Shown here piece by piece: positions 18,693 through 28,989 of a stretch of 64,000 nt of DNA (its first letter is position 1; every line of letters begins with the position of its first letter). Source of the stretch: Bacteroidales bacterium (GTDB lineage Bacteria; Bacteroidota; Bacteroidia; Bacteroidales; JAFGHD01); contig JAFGHD010000112.1 in assembly GCA_016939365.1 (NCBI GenBank), positions 162 through 64,161 on the forward strand, written 5' to 3'. The notes beneath the pieces are model-generated. The model ran no database searches. It had not been told where the DNA came from and saw only the letters and a list, made by a program, of their open reading frames with translations. The position numbers were made by a program, and so were the translations under genes.

Positions 18693-20048
18693 TCAGAAGG
18701 TCAAAATAAAAACAGAACCTTCGTCCGGTTTCGACCTGACCGTGATATTCCCCTTGTGCAGGTACATGATCTGACGGGAAAGACTGAGGCCGATGCCGGA
18801 ACCGTTCTTCTTGGAAGTGAAAAAAGGCATAAAGATCTTGTCGATGATATCGGGCATGATACCCGTCCCGTTATCTTTTACTTCGATCAAGGTCCTGTTA
18901 TTCTGACCGTTGTAAGCCCTCAGAAAAATTTCCGGGTTTTCCCGGCCCTTGACGGCATCCATAGAATTGAGGATCAGGTTGATGATGACCTGATCGAGTA
19001 GATCCGGATCGGCAGTTAGCATCAGCTCGTCAGGCTGAACATTGCATTTGCATGTGATCCCCATCTCCATCATCCGCGGACTAAGGAGCTGCTCTGCACG
19101 ATCAAAAAGCTCGGCGACCGGAAAGTATCTGAAGCTGGGCTTGGGTATCCGGGTCAGGTTGCGGTATATTTCCACAAAATTCAAAAGGCCGTCGCTTCGG
19201 TTTCTTATTGTGGAAAGGGCGTTTTGAATGCTTTCCACCTCATCCTGGCTGAGGGATTTCAGCCTGGGTGATTCTTCCGAAGGTTCGATCATGATGTCAT
19301 GTACGGTAGAAGCCAGTGAAGAAATGGGGGTGATGGAGTTCATGATCTCATGGGTCAGGACTCTGATGAGCTTCTGCCAGGATTCGATCTCCTTTTCCTC
19401 AAGTTCGGCATGGATATCCTGAAGTGACACCAGGGTAAATTCATTGCCTCTCATGCGGAATTCAGTCGCATATGCCGAAACTTGCATCAATTCATCCCTG
19501 ACGATCAACTTGATCAGTTTCCGGTCATCCGATCTCAACGAAAGCAGGATGCCGGGCAGCTCAGGTTCCACGGCGGAGAGATCGGAGATGCTTCTCAGGT
19601 GGTTCAGGCCGAACATTTTTCTCACCGCCGGATTGTACATATCCACCTTTCCTTCACTGTCAAAGCAGAGTATCCCCATGCTCACATGCTGGGCCACAGT
19701 CTGCAGGTAATTGAACTGCTCTTCCCGGGCAGATCGTTGGTTCCTGAATTCGGTCATCACTTCATTGAATGACCGGTTCAGTTCATCGAAGGTTCTACCC
19801 AGTCTTTCATCTGAAAAGGAGGAGGAAAAATCGGAATGACGGATGCTTGCGAAAAATCGGGAAAGTTTCCGGTTGCTTTGTTCGGAAAACCGGATCAGGT
19901 CAACGATCTGATAAGCGAGGATTGCGCCCAGGATCAGTGCACTGATGACATGGTGGGTCACGATCCCGAGGTAAACCAATAAAATGATGTTGACCACCAT
20001 CAGGAGCACTCTGATGACAATGAAAACCCTGAAGCGGTTACAGGCCAT
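18693..20048 (-). CDS. Sensor histidine kinase (NtrB/ZraS-like: 2 TM, PAS-like, HisKA, HATPase_c)
   Basis: 451 aa. The H-box is LTHEIMNSITPISSL, with N/G boxes NLILNSMDAV, DNGTGI and GSGIGLSLSRQIM. It overlaps the upstream regulator gene by 11 nt, which suggests translational coupling. Confidence 0.85.
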   Translation of the reverse strand: MACNRFRVFIVIRVLLMVVNIILLVYLGIVTHHVISALILGAILAYQIVDLIRFSEQSNRKLSRFFASIRHSDFSSSFSDERLGRTFDELNRSFNEVMTEFRNQRSAREEQFNYLQTVAQHVSMGILCFDSEGKVDMYNPAVRKMFGLNHLRSISDLSAVEPELPGILLSLRSDDRKLIKLIVRDELMQVSAYATEFRMRGNEFTLVSLQDIHAELEEKEIESWQKLIRVLTHEIMNSITPISSLASTVHDIMIEPSEESPRLKSLSQDEVESIQNALSTIRNRSDGLLNFVEIYRNLTRIPKPSFRYFPVAELFDRAEQLLSPRMMEMGITCKCNVQPDELMLTADPDLLDQVIINLILNSMDAVKGRENPEIFLRAYNGQNNRTLIEVKDNGTGIMPDIIDKIFMPFFTSKKNGSGIGLSLSRQIMYLHKGNITVRSKPDEGSVFILTF

Positions 20049-21414
20049 ACTTCTCTATTCTTCTATAGAGGGAGGCACGGGTCAGACCCAGCTCATGAGC
20101 AGCTTTGCTGATGTTCCCGCCATGTTTGTCGATCACTTTGCGGATCAGCATCTTTTCCGTCTCTTCCAGATTGGTCATATCATCCAGGTTGACCGGCCTA
20201 TCTTCATCCGACTGATTGAGGAAAAAATCGGAAGGTTCAAGCATCTGTGATTCGCTCATGATGACGGCTCTTTCCACAGCGTGCTGGAGCTCACGGATAT
20301 TCCCCGGCCACGTATGTTTTTCAAGCCGTTTCAGTGTTGACTGGCTGATCCTTTTCAGGGGGGTATTGTACTTCTTACAGTACACCTGAAGGAAGTGGTC
20401 TATCAGCAAGGGGATGTCTTCCGGTCTATCCCGCAGGGGGGGCAACTTAATCTCCACGGTATTGATCCTGTAAAGCAGATCCTGCCGGAACTTGCCTTCA
20501 TTAACCATTTGGTAAAGAGGCATATTGGTGGCACAGATGAGACGGACATCGATGGGAATCTCATTATTGGTGCCGATCCTGACCACCTTCCTGTTCTGGA
20601 TCACGCTGAGCAGCTTGACCTGGAGTGCCAGGGAGAGGTTTCCGATCTCATCGAGGAAAATGGTCCCCTTGTGGGCCGATTCAAAACGGCCCGCCCTGTC
20701 CTCACGCGCATCGGTAAAGGCGCCCTTCTTGAATCCGAAAAGCTCGCTTTCGAAAAGGGTCTCGCTGATGGCACCGAGGTCAACGCTGACAAAGACCTCA
20801 CTTCTCCTCGCCGATTCGTCGTGTATGGCACGCGCCACAAGCTCCTTTCCGGTTCCGTTTTCACCCAGAAGCAAAACGGTGGCATCCGTAGCTGCCACCT
20901 TCCTGACTGCGCTCATAACCTGTTGCATGGCCGCAGACTGCCCAATAAAATCCCGGCTTACCTGATCCGGGTCCTGTATCCCTTTCTTTTGCTGCATCCG
21001 TAACTTCTCCAGGTCCCTTTTCGATTCCCGGACCTTCAGATTGGAACTGATAGTGGCTAGGAGCTTCCGGTTGTCCCAGGGTTTAAGCAGAAAATTGGTG
21101 GCTCCTTCCTTGATGCCCTGAACCGCTAGTTCAATGTCTCCGTAACCGGTTATGAAAATCACCACTGCTGCCGGGTCTTCCGACATAATGGTGTTCAGCC
21201 AGTGAAATCCTTCCTTGCCACTGGTGGCGTCCTTCGAAAAATTCATGTCCAGCAGTATCACATCATAGCTTTCATTCTTCATCAGGAAGGGAATGTTTTC
21301 AGGATCCTTGTCGGTATGAACGATCGTAAAATGCTGCTTCAGAAAAAGTTTTGCAGCCATCAGCACATCCTGGTCATCATCCACAATGAGGATTTTGGCA
21401 TCTGTTTTTTCCAT
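20038..21414 (-). CDS. Sigma-54-dependent response regulator (NtrC family: REC, AAA+, Fis-type HTH)
   Basis: 458 aa. The receiver has ILIVDDD and DVILLDMNF. The AAA+ Walker A is GENGTGKE, the sigma-54 contact loop is KKGAFTDA (a GAFTGA variant), and the C-terminal HTH is NISKAAHELGLTRASLYRRIEKYGL. Confidence 0.9.
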   Translation of the reverse strand: MEKTDAKILIVDDDQDVLMAAKLFLKQHFTIVHTDKDPENIPFLMKNESYDVILLDMNFSKDATSGKEGFHWLNTIMSEDPAAVVIFITGYGDIELAVQGIKEGATNFLLKPWDNRKLLATISSNLKVRESKRDLEKLRMQQKKGIQDPDQVSRDFIGQSAAMQQVMSAVRKVAATDATVLLLGENGTGKELVARAIHDESARRSEVFVSVDLGAISETLFESELFGFKKGAFTDAREDRAGRFESAHKGTIFLDEIGNLSLALQVKLLSVIQNRKVVRIGTNNEIPIDVRLICATNMPLYQMVNEGKFRQDLLYRINTVEIKLPPLRDRPEDIPLLIDHFLQVYCKKYNTPLKRISQSTLKRLEKHTWPGNIRELQHAVERAVIMSESQMLEPSDFFLNQSDEDRPVNLDDMTNLEETEKMLIRKVIDKHGGNISKAAHELGLTRASLYRRIEKYGL

Positions 21415-21455
21415 CGGCTATGTGCTATTGATAAAGCTCTTACAGAAAGGAGAGA

Positions 21456-21463
21456 CAAATATA
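21456..21463 (-). promoter_or_regulatory. Bacteroidota -7 promoter box (TAtaTTTG on the minus strand)
   Basis: The plus strand reads caaatata, about 42 nt upstream of the regulator ATG at 21414. Confidence 0.4.
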
Positions 21464-21487
21464 ATGATTCGCGACACAAATCTAAGT

Positions 21488-22831
21488 TTACAACAAATCA
21501 TTGGCCAGATTCGCCAGTTCCGAGCGTTCACCCTTTTCCAGGCGTACATGGGCGTATATGTCATGATGCTTGATCTTGTCGATCAGGTAAGACAATCCGT
21601 TGCTCTGCGCATCAAGATACGGGGTGTCGATCTGGTAAACATCCCCGGTAAATATGATCTTGGTGTTTTCTCCGGCACGTGTGATAATGGTTTTCACTTC
21701 ATGGGGGGTCAGGTTCTGAGCCTCATCGACGATGAAGCAGACATTGGATATGCTCCTTCCGCGGATATAGGCCAGCGGCGTGATCACCAGCTTTTCGCTT
21801 TCAATGGCATCGGTAATTCTCTTGAACTCCTTGTCCTTTTCGTTGTACTGGTTCTGAATGAATTTCAGATTGTCCCAGAGAGGTTCCATGTATGGATTCA
21901 GCTTCGACTTGATGTCACCCGGAAGGTAACCGATATCCTTGTTGCTGAGGGGGACGATCGGACGTGCAAGGTATATCTGCTTGAAGTTGCGTTTCTGATC
22001 CAGGGCCCCTGCGAGTGCGAGCAGTGTCTTCCCGGTACCTGCAATCCCCTGAAGGGTGACCAGCTTCACGTGGTCGGCCATGATGGCATGAAGGGCGAAA
22101 ACCTGCTCGGCATTCCTGGGTGTGATCCTGTAGGCAGGCTTCTTCTCCACCTTTTCAATCATCCCGGTGAGCGGATTGAAAAAAGCCAGCACGGAAGAGC
22201 GGTTGTTCCGGATGATGAAGTAATGATTGGGGACCGGATTCTTAATTCCCACATCCGAAGGTCTGCATGATCCTTCCTGGTATATCCTGTCAATGGTTTC
22301 AGAGGTAATCTGCTCCTCAATCACCGACTTTCCCGAATAGAGCAATTCCACATCCTTGATCTTTCCCGTCTCGAAATCCTCAGCAGGGATGTTGAGCGAC
22401 TTGGCCTTGATCCGAAGGTTGACATCCTTGGAGACCAGAATCACCCTTTTCTCCGGATTCTCCTCGGTCATCACAATGGCCGCATTCAATATGCGATGGT
22501 CGGGTTTATCCTCACCAAAAACCCCGATGGCATCCATACCGTTTCCCGGTATCTCATTCATGATGACCCGGAACCGGCCTGCCTTGGGAAAGTCAAGCTG
22601 TATCCAGCCCTGAAGCGTATTTCTGGCCGAAAGCCGGTCCATGATACGGATGAACTCACGCGCCTCATAGTTGATCGTATCATTGCCCTTCTTGAAATTG
22701 TCCAACTCCTCAAGCACTGTAATCGGGATGGCCACATCATTATCCTGGAAGCTCACGATGGCATTGTGATTGTACAAAATCACAGATGTGTCCAGAACGA
22801 ATATCTTCTGGATTTTCTTTCTTGCAGGCAT
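21488..22831 (-). CDS. PhoH-family ATPase with an N-terminal PIN domain (YlaK-like)
   Basis: 447 aa. The PIN-like start is FVLDTSVIL...ITVLEELD. The PhoH P-loop is GIAGTGKTLLA and Walker B is FIVDEAQN. Confidence 0.85.
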   Translation of the reverse strand: MPARKKIQKIFVLDTSVILYNHNAIVSFQDNDVAIPITVLEELDNFKKGNDTINYEAREFIRIMDRLSARNTLQGWIQLDFPKAGRFRVIMNEIPGNGMDAIGVFGEDKPDHRILNAAIVMTEENPEKRVILVSKDVNLRIKAKSLNIPAEDFETGKIKDVELLYSGKSVIEEQITSETIDRIYQEGSCRPSDVGIKNPVPNHYFIIRNNRSSVLAFFNPLTGMIEKVEKKPAYRITPRNAEQVFALHAIMADHVKLVTLQGIAGTGKTLLALAGALDQKRNFKQIYLARPIVPLSNKDIGYLPGDIKSKLNPYMEPLWDNLKFIQNQYNEKDKEFKRITDAIESEKLVITPLAYIRGRSISNVCFIVDEAQNLTPHEVKTIITRAGENTKIIFTGDVYQIDTPYLDAQSNGLSYLIDKIKHHDIYAHVRLEKGERSELANLANDLL

Positions 22832-22847
22832 AGGTATTTGTTTTCGT

Positions 22848-22855
22848 CAAAGGTA
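22848..22855 (-). promoter_or_regulatory. Bacteroidota -7 promoter box (TAccTTTG on the minus strand)
   Basis: The plus strand reads caaaggta, 17 nt upstream of the ATG at 22831, which implies a very short leader. Confidence 0.4.
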
Positions 22856-22950
22856 TGTAATTGTCTTCAACAACATATATATCCTGTGGTTCCCGGAGGA
22901 GCAAGGAGAAAATCAGGTTACTTCGTTTTTTTATACTTTAACGTTTTCAA

Positions 22951-25716
22951 ATGATGATTATGTCCTCTCATAAAAAGCTTTTTCTCCTGGACGCCATGGC
23001 CCTCATTTACAGGGCTTACTTCGCGCTGAGCCGCAATCCCCGGATCAATTCCAAAGGGATGAACACTTCTGCAATCCTGGGATTCGGCAACACTCTTCTG
23101 GAAGTGATCCGAAAAGAACAACCGACCCATCTTGGGGTGGCATTTGACACCATGGCCCCGACGCACCGGCATGAGGAATTCACAGAATACAAGGCCCACA
23201 GGGAGGCGATCCCGGAGGACCTGGCCATATCCCTACCCCATATCCGCCGGCTCATTGAGGGATTCCGTATACCCCTCCTGGAAATGGAGGGATATGAGGC
23301 GGATGACGTCATAGGTACCCTTTCCCGAAAAGCTGAGAACGTGGGATTCACCACATACATGATGACTCCGGACAAGGATTTCGGGCAGTTGGTGACTGAC
23401 AAAACCTTCATATACAAGCCTCCCCGAATGGGAAACAAGCCTGAAATACTGGGTATCAGGGAGGTCTGTGAAAAGTATGGGATCAGGGAACCGTCACAGG
23501 TCACGGATATCCTGGGTCTGTGGGGGGATGCATCCGACAATATTCCGGGTATTCCGGGTATCGGCGAGAAACGGGCCCGTGAGCTGATCAGTGAATTCGG
23601 CAGCCTGGAAGCCCTGGTTGAGAACACCGGCAGGCTTACCGGCAAAATCCGGGAAACCATTGAACAACATGCGCGACAAGGTCTCTTTTCCAAACAACTC
23701 GCCACCATCAGGACGGATGTTCCGGTGGAGTTCAGGGAGGAGGATTTCCTATTAAGAGATCCCGATCCTGAGATATTGACCGGGCTTTTTTCCGAACTTG
23801 AATTCCGGTCGTTTGCAAAACGGGTATTCCCGGATCTTTCGGTTGAATCCGCAATGCAACCGGATGTATCCGTCACGCCACAGGTTACAGCACCTTCCGA
23901 ACCCTACAACATTCATACCACGCAGCACAATTACCACCTGGTCAGCAGCGAAGAGGAACTCAGCGGATTGCTGCAACTGCTTGTATCATCTGAACGGTTT
24001 TGTTTCGACACCGAGACAACCGGTATCGATCCGCACACTTCCGAGCTGGTCGGGATTGCCTTTTCCGTAATGCCCCATGAGGCATTTTACCTGGCTCTGC
24101 CTTCCAACTACAATGAATCCCTTATGATCCTGAGCAAATTCAGGGAGTTGTTCGCAAATCCGGATATCGTGAAAGTGGGGCAAAACCTGAAATTTGACAT
24201 CGCGGTCCTGAAATGGTATGAAATTGAGGTGAGCGGGCCTCTGTTTGACACCATGCTTGCCCATTATCTGCTTCAGCCGGATATGAGGCATAACATGGAC
24301 CTCCTGGCTGAAACCTACCTGAATTACAAACCGGTGCCTATCGGGGAGCTGATCGGCAAGAAGGGCCGGGGTCAGCTGAGTATGAGGAGTGTGGAGATTG
24401 AAATGGTTAAGGAGTATGCCTGTGAAGATGCCGACATTACCTTGCAGCTTCAGGAGGTCTTTGAAAAGGAACTCACAGGGCATAACCTGCAGAAACTCTT
24501 CCACGAGGTGGAAACGCCCCTGGTACCGGTCCTCGCTTCGATGGAAGCGGAAGGTGTCAGACTGGACGTTCCTGTGCTCCGGAACTATTCAGAACAACTG
24601 AAAACGGAAATCAGGGAACTGGAGGGCGAGATATTCAGGGAGTGCGGGGAGACATTCAACATCGGCTCTCCCAAACAACTCGGAGAGATCCTTTTCGAAA
24701 AACTCAGGATTGATGAGAAGCCGAAGAAAACAAAGACAAGCCAGTACAGCACCAGTGAAGAGGTTCTGCAGAAGCTGGTCTACAGACACCCGGTGATCCG
24801 GATGATCCTCGATTACCGGTCACTGACCAAGCTCAGGTCTACGTATGTGGATGTGCTGCCGGACATGGTCAATCCGAGGACGGGGAGGATACATACGAGC
24901 TACAATCAGGCTGTTGCTGCCACAGGGAGATTGAGCTCAAACAATCCGAACCTTCAGAATATCCCGATCCGGACGGAAAGGGGCAGGGAGATCAGAAAGG
25001 CCTTTGTACCCAGGAATGAGCAATATCTGCTGCTCTCGGCCGATTATTCCCAGATCGAGCTGAGGATCATGGCGGAGCTGAGTGGTGATAAGGGTATGCA
25101 GGCGGCATTTGCAGAGAGCCACGATATTCATGCCGCAACGGCTTCACGGGTCTATGGTGTACCGATGGAATTGGTTACCCAGGAGATGCGCAGGAAGGCA
25201 AAAACCGTCAATTTCGGCATCATCTATGGTATTTCTGCTTTCGGCCTCTCCGAGAGACTCAACATTCCCCGTAAAGAAGCCCGTGGGATCATCGACCAGT
25301 ATTTCAGCCAGTATCCCGGGATCCGTGAGTACATGGAGCGTACCATAGAGAAGGCCCGCAGACAGGGATATGTGGAGACCATTCTGGGGAGACGGCGATA
25401 CCTGCGCGACATCAATTCATCGAACTCGGTAGTGAGGGGTTTTGCAGAGCGCAATGCCATCAATGCCCCGATCCAGGGATCTGCTGCCGACATGATCAAG
25501 ATCGCGATGATCCGGATCCAACACGCCCTTCAGGAAAAGCAGCTCAGAAGCCGGATGATACTCCAGGTCCATGATGAGCTCGTTTTTGATGTGCACCGCG
25601 AAGAACTGCAGGTCACGGAGTTCCTGGTCCGAGAACATATGGTCCATGCACTGCCGATGAAAGTGCCCGTGGAGGTCGAGATCAACACGGGAGAGAACTG
25701 GCTTGAAGCCCACTGA
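22951..25716 (+). CDS. polA: DNA polymerase I
   Basis: 921 aa. It has a 5'-3' exonuclease N-terminus (LFLLDAMALIYRAYFA), a 3'-5' exonuclease region (FCFDTETTGID) and polymerase motifs DYSQIELR, RRKAKTVNFGIIYG and QVHDELVF. Confidence 0.95.
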   Translation: MMIMSSHKKLFLLDAMALIYRAYFALSRNPRINSKGMNTSAILGFGNTLLEVIRKEQPTHLGVAFDTMAPTHRHEEFTEYKAHREAIPEDLAISLPHIRRLIEGFRIPLLEMEGYEADDVIGTLSRKAENVGFTTYMMTPDKDFGQLVTDKTFIYKPPRMGNKPEILGIREVCEKYGIREPSQVTDILGLWGDASDNIPGIPGIGEKRARELISEFGSLEALVENTGRLTGKIRETIEQHARQGLFSKQLATIRTDVPVEFREEDFLLRDPDPEILTGLFSELEFRSFAKRVFPDLSVESAMQPDVSVTPQVTAPSEPYNIHTTQHNYHLVSSEEELSGLLQLLVSSERFCFDTETTGIDPHTSELVGIAFSVMPHEAFYLALPSNYNESLMILSKFRELFANPDIVKVGQNLKFDIAVLKWYEIEVSGPLFDTMLAHYLLQPDMRHNMDLLAETYLNYKPVPIGELIGKKGRGQLSMRSVEIEMVKEYACEDADITLQLQEVFEKELTGHNLQKLFHEVETPLVPVLASMEAEGVRLDVPVLRNYSEQLKTEIRELEGEIFRECGETFNIGSPKQLGEILFEKLRIDEKPKKTKTSQYSTSEEVLQKLVYRHPVIRMILDYRSLTKLRSTYVDVLPDMVNPRTGRIHTSYNQAVAATGRLSSNNPNLQNIPIRTERGREIRKAFVPRNEQYLLLSADYSQIELRIMAELSGDKGMQAAFAESHDIHAATASRVYGVPMELVTQEMRRKAKTVNFGIIYGISAFGLSERLNIPRKEARGIIDQYFSQYPGIREYMERTIEKARRQGYVETILGRRRYLRDINSSNSVVRGFAERNAINAPIQGSAADMIKIAMIRIQHALQEKQLRSRMILQVHDELVFDVHREELQVTEFLVREHMVHALPMKVPVEVEINTGENWLEAH

Positions 25717-25819
25717 CCCCTCCGGGTGCCGCTGGTTATCCCTGAATACCCCTTTTTGGCATATTAATTGTTATTTGTTGATGGGCGCCCAATTTTGTAA
25801 ACCTTAAAAATATACAGCC

Positions 25820-26404
25820 ATGAAAAGGTTTGCTGAAAAAATTGGGATCAAAAGGGAGAATGCGTTCATAAAACCAGGAGTGACTCTGGTATTCCTTGTA
25901 TCGCTGTCCCTCATTCTGAGTTCGTGTGAAAAACCCTGGCATGGCCGTGACGGCCGGACCGGTGATGCCTTTCTCGCATTGACCTGGCAGGTTGAACCAC
26001 CTGCATGGATTGATGCAGGTACCGGGGCTATACCCCCTGTTTTCAACTGGGGAGCCTATTACCGGGTCATGCCGGGATATTACACCCTTTATTATGAGGG
26101 CAGGGTCTGGACAGGTTCAGCCATGGCCCATTACGCATGGGAGGTCACCTATGAGGTATGGGTGGTTGCCGGAGAGCCCGGAGACTGGTACTACAACGGC
26201 GCAGACGGACCCGACAATTATTTCACGATCGAATGCAGCCCTTACGGGCCTTATATCTGGAATTCATACAAAAGCCTCTCCACGACTGAAAACACAACAG
26301 TGGTCCGCGATACCGGCGACGAAATCGTAATCCTTCAGAAAGGTATGGGAATGTCCATGAAAGCCACCTACCGCAGGATGGCGGAGATGCCTGAGAAAGA
26401 ATGA
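25820..26404 (+). CDS. Hypothetical lipoprotein (Trp/Tyr-rich)
   Basis: 194 aa with lipobox LILSSC. I recognise no family. Coding looks plausible from the composition and the absence of competing ORFs. Confidence 0.5.
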   Translation: MKRFAEKIGIKRENAFIKPGVTLVFLVSLSLILSSCEKPWHGRDGRTGDAFLALTWQVEPPAWIDAGTGAIPPVFNWGAYYRVMPGYYTLYYEGRVWTGSAMAHYAWEVTYEVWVVAGEPGDWYYNGADGPDNYFTIECSPYGPYIWNSYKSLSTTENTTVVRDTGDEIVILQKGMGMSMKATYRRMAEMPEKE

Positions 26405-26430
26405 CACCATGCGATCCTGCCGGCCTGAAT

Positions 26431-27111
26431 TCACCGGAGTAACGCCTCGGCGTATTTCAGGTCGGCAGGACGGGTAATTTTCAGATTCTCCGGATTACCT
26501 TCCACAAGTTGGATTCTCTCACCCATGGCTTCCATCACGGACGCATCATCAGTAAATAAAGGCCTGTATTCCTGTGAGTAGGCTTTCTTCAGGATATCTG
26601 AAAGAAAGCACTGGGGTGTCTGGATCAGCCGGTATTCCTCACGTTTCACAGGATGGCTTGTCCCGTCAGGATCCAACCTGCGCATCGACTGACCGATGGT
26701 AGTTACGGGTACGGCATTGCCATGTTCCGCTGCACCGTCGAAGACCCGGCTGAGGGTATCGTGACTGACCAGGGGACGGACCCCATCATGCACGGCCACC
26801 AGGCATGGTTCCTGAATCAACCGGAGCCCTCCCTGCACCGAATGGAACCTTGTGTCGCCACCGGCCGCAAGCCGGTGGGGAGTGGAAAAATGATATCTCC
26901 TGCAGTGAGAATTCCAGAGATCAAAGTAGGGCTCCGGAAGGACGACAATGATTTCCATATCGGGGTCCCAGGATACGAACCGGGAGATCGTATGCATGAG
27001 AATGGGCTGCCCTGCTACCGGGAGAAACTGCTTGGGCACATCTGAATGCATCCGCACTCCCTGTCCCCCTGCAACAATGATCGTCTTTCTCTTCACAATG
27101 ATCAGGATCAT
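26431..27111 (-). CDS. ispD: 2-C-methyl-D-erythritol 4-phosphate cytidylyltransferase
   Basis: 226 aa. The N-terminal motif is IIVAGGQGVRM...PKQF, and the length is typical of IspD. Confidence 0.85.
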   Translation of the reverse strand: MILIIVKRKTIIVAGGQGVRMHSDVPKQFLPVAGQPILMHTISRFVSWDPDMEIIVVLPEPYFDLWNSHCRRYHFSTPHRLAAGGDTRFHSVQGGLRLIQEPCLVAVHDGVRPLVSHDTLSRVFDGAAEHGNAVPVTTIGQSMRRLDPDGTSHPVKREEYRLIQTPQCFLSDILKKAYSQEYRPLFTDDASVMEAMGERIQLVEGNPENLKITRPADLKYAEALLR

Positions 27112-27138
27112 CCGGCGGAGTGGTCCGCATCCGCATGA

Positions 27139-28188
27139 TCAGAGAATCAGCATGGCATCACCATAGGTGAAAAACCGGTATTTTTCCTCCACCGCCTTCT
27201 TGTAAGCGTCCATCAGGAATTCATAGCCGGCGAAAGCAGCCACCATCATCATCACTGATGACATGGGCAGATGAAAATTGGTGATCATGGCATCAGCCAC
27301 ACTGAACTCATAGGGAGGAAAAATGAACTTATTGGTCCATCCGTTATAAGGTTTCACCTTGCCGGTAATGGAAACAGCTGTTTCAAGGGCTTTCATCGTG
27401 GTAGTACCCACCGCACAGACTTTGTTTCTCCGTTCCTTGGCCCTGTTGATTATCTGTGACTGCACTTCATCAATGAACATTTCCTCGGAGTCAGTCTTAT
27501 GCTTGGTCAGATCTTCCACCTCAATATCCCTGAAATTACCCAGACCTGCATGGAGTGTGATTTCAGCGAACTCAACGCCAAGCAGTTCGAGCCGTTTCAT
27601 CAGCTCCCTGGAGAAGTGAAATCCGGCGGTAGGTGCGGCGACAGCGCCTTCATGCTTGGCATAAATGGTCTGGTAGCGTTCTTCATCCTCCGGCTCGACA
27701 TCCCGTTTATGGAGCTTGGGCAAGGGAGTCTGGCCCAGACGCTGTATTGTTTTTTTAAACTCTTCATATGGCCCGTCGAAGAGGAACCGGAGTGTTCTGC
27801 CCCTGGAGGTGGTATTATCAATGACCTCAGCCACCAGCTCTCCGTCTTCGCCGAAGTAGAGTTTGTTCCCGATCCTGATTTTCCTTGCAGGATCCACCAG
27901 TACGTCCCAAAGATGACTTTCCCTGTTCAGTTCCCGCAGGAGGAATACCTCTATTTTTGCGCCTGTCTTCTCTTTCTCGCCATAGAGTCTGGCCGGGAAC
28001 ACTTTGGTATTGTTGATCACCATAACATCCCCGTCACTGAAGTATTCCAGGATGTCCTTGAAGATACGTTGCTCAATGATCTTCTCTTTTCTGTCGAGAA
28101 CCATCAAGCGGGCTTCGTCTCTGTTTTTCTGCGGATGATTTGAAATCAGCTCTGGCGGGAGATGAAACCTGAACTGCGATAACTTCAT
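27139..28188 (-). CDS. queA: S-adenosylmethionine:tRNA ribosyltransferase-isomerase
   Basis: 349 aa. It begins [19 protein letters not shown] and contains [10 protein letters not shown] and [11 protein letters not shown], all characteristic of QueA. Confidence 0.9.
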   Translation of the reverse strand: MKLSQFRFHLPPELISNHPQKNRDEARLMVLDRKEKIIEQRIFKDILEYFSDGDVMVINNTKVFPARLYGEKEKTGAKIEVFLLRELNRESHLWDVLVDPARKIRIGNKLYFGEDGELVAEVIDNTTSRGRTLRFLFDGPYEEFKKTIQRLGQTPLPKLHKRDVEPEDEERYQTIYAKHEGAVAAPTAGFHFSRELMKRLELLGVEFAEITLHAGLGNFRDIEVEDLTKHKTDSEEMFIDEVQSQIINRAKERRNKVCAVGTTTMKALETAVSITGKVKPYNGWTNKFIFPPYEFSVADAMITNFHLPMSSVMMMVAAFAGYEFLMDAYKKAVEEKYRFFTYGDAMLIL

Positions 28189-28231
28189 GTCAATTGCTAC
28201 TATAAAAAAAGTGCCGTCTCAAAAAGGGGGG

Positions 28232-28239
28232 CAAAGATA
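28232..28239 (-). promoter_or_regulatory. Bacteroidota -7 promoter box (TAtcTTTG on the minus strand)
   Basis: The plus strand reads caaagata, 44 nt upstream of the queA ATG at 28188. Confidence 0.4.
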
Positions 28240-28258
28240 AGCATTTTTTGGGGGGTTG

Positions 28259-28981
28259 TCAAGTTTTTTCGCATTTTCTTACATCTGAGGGAATGAAATC
28301 CGATGTCGACGGATCCAGAGACCAGGCATCAGCCACACTGTATTGACCGATACTCAGTCGCCTGAGACTGGTCAAAAAGGCACCAGCCCCGACAAACCTG
28401 CCGAAATCACGGGCCAGTGCCCTGATGTATGTTCCCTTCCCACAACGGATGTTGAATTGGCAAAAAGGCAGATCCATAGCAGTAATGTCGAATGAATAAA
28501 TCTCCACCTGCCTTGGGGGTAGGTCGGCGTCCACCTGCCTGCGTGCCAGGTGGTATGCCCGGGTACCATGAACATTGATGGCGGAGTAGAGCGGGGGTAC
28601 CTGCATGATCCTGCCCGTGAACCGGCCTGAGATTTCACGCAGGAGGGAAAGGGTGATATGGTGGGTGCTGTATTCCCGGTCGACCGGTGTCTCCGCATCA
28701 AAAGAGGGTGTTGTGGCATCCAGACGCATGGTGCCCGAATACTCCTTATCCAGATTCATCAGCCCTGAAATGCTTTTGGTCATCCTGCCGGTACAAACCA
28801 GCAAAAGACCTGTAGCCATAGGATCCAGGGTGCCTGTATGACCCACCTTGATCTTCCGGCCGGTCATCCGGGAAATGGAATTGCGGATCTTACTGACCAC
28901 ATCAAAAGATGTCCAACCTGAGGGCTTGTCGATCAGCAGCAGCTCTCCCTCTTCAAAATGATATTCCCGGTTTGGGGACAT
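28259..28981 (-). CDS. truB: tRNA pseudouridine(55) synthase
   Basis: 240 aa. The catalytic Asp motif is VGHTGTLDPMATGLL. Confidence 0.9.
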   Translation of the reverse strand: MSPNREYHFEEGELLLIDKPSGWTSFDVVSKIRNSISRMTGRKIKVGHTGTLDPMATGLLLVCTGRMTKSISGLMNLDKEYSGTMRLDATTPSFDAETPVDREYSTHHITLSLLREISGRFTGRIMQVPPLYSAINVHGTRAYHLARRQVDADLPPRQVEIYSFDITAMDLPFCQFNIRCGKGTYIRALARDFGRFVGAGAFLTSLRRLSIGQYSVADAWSLDPSTSDFIPSDVRKCEKT

Positions 28982-28989
28982 GGTTTATT

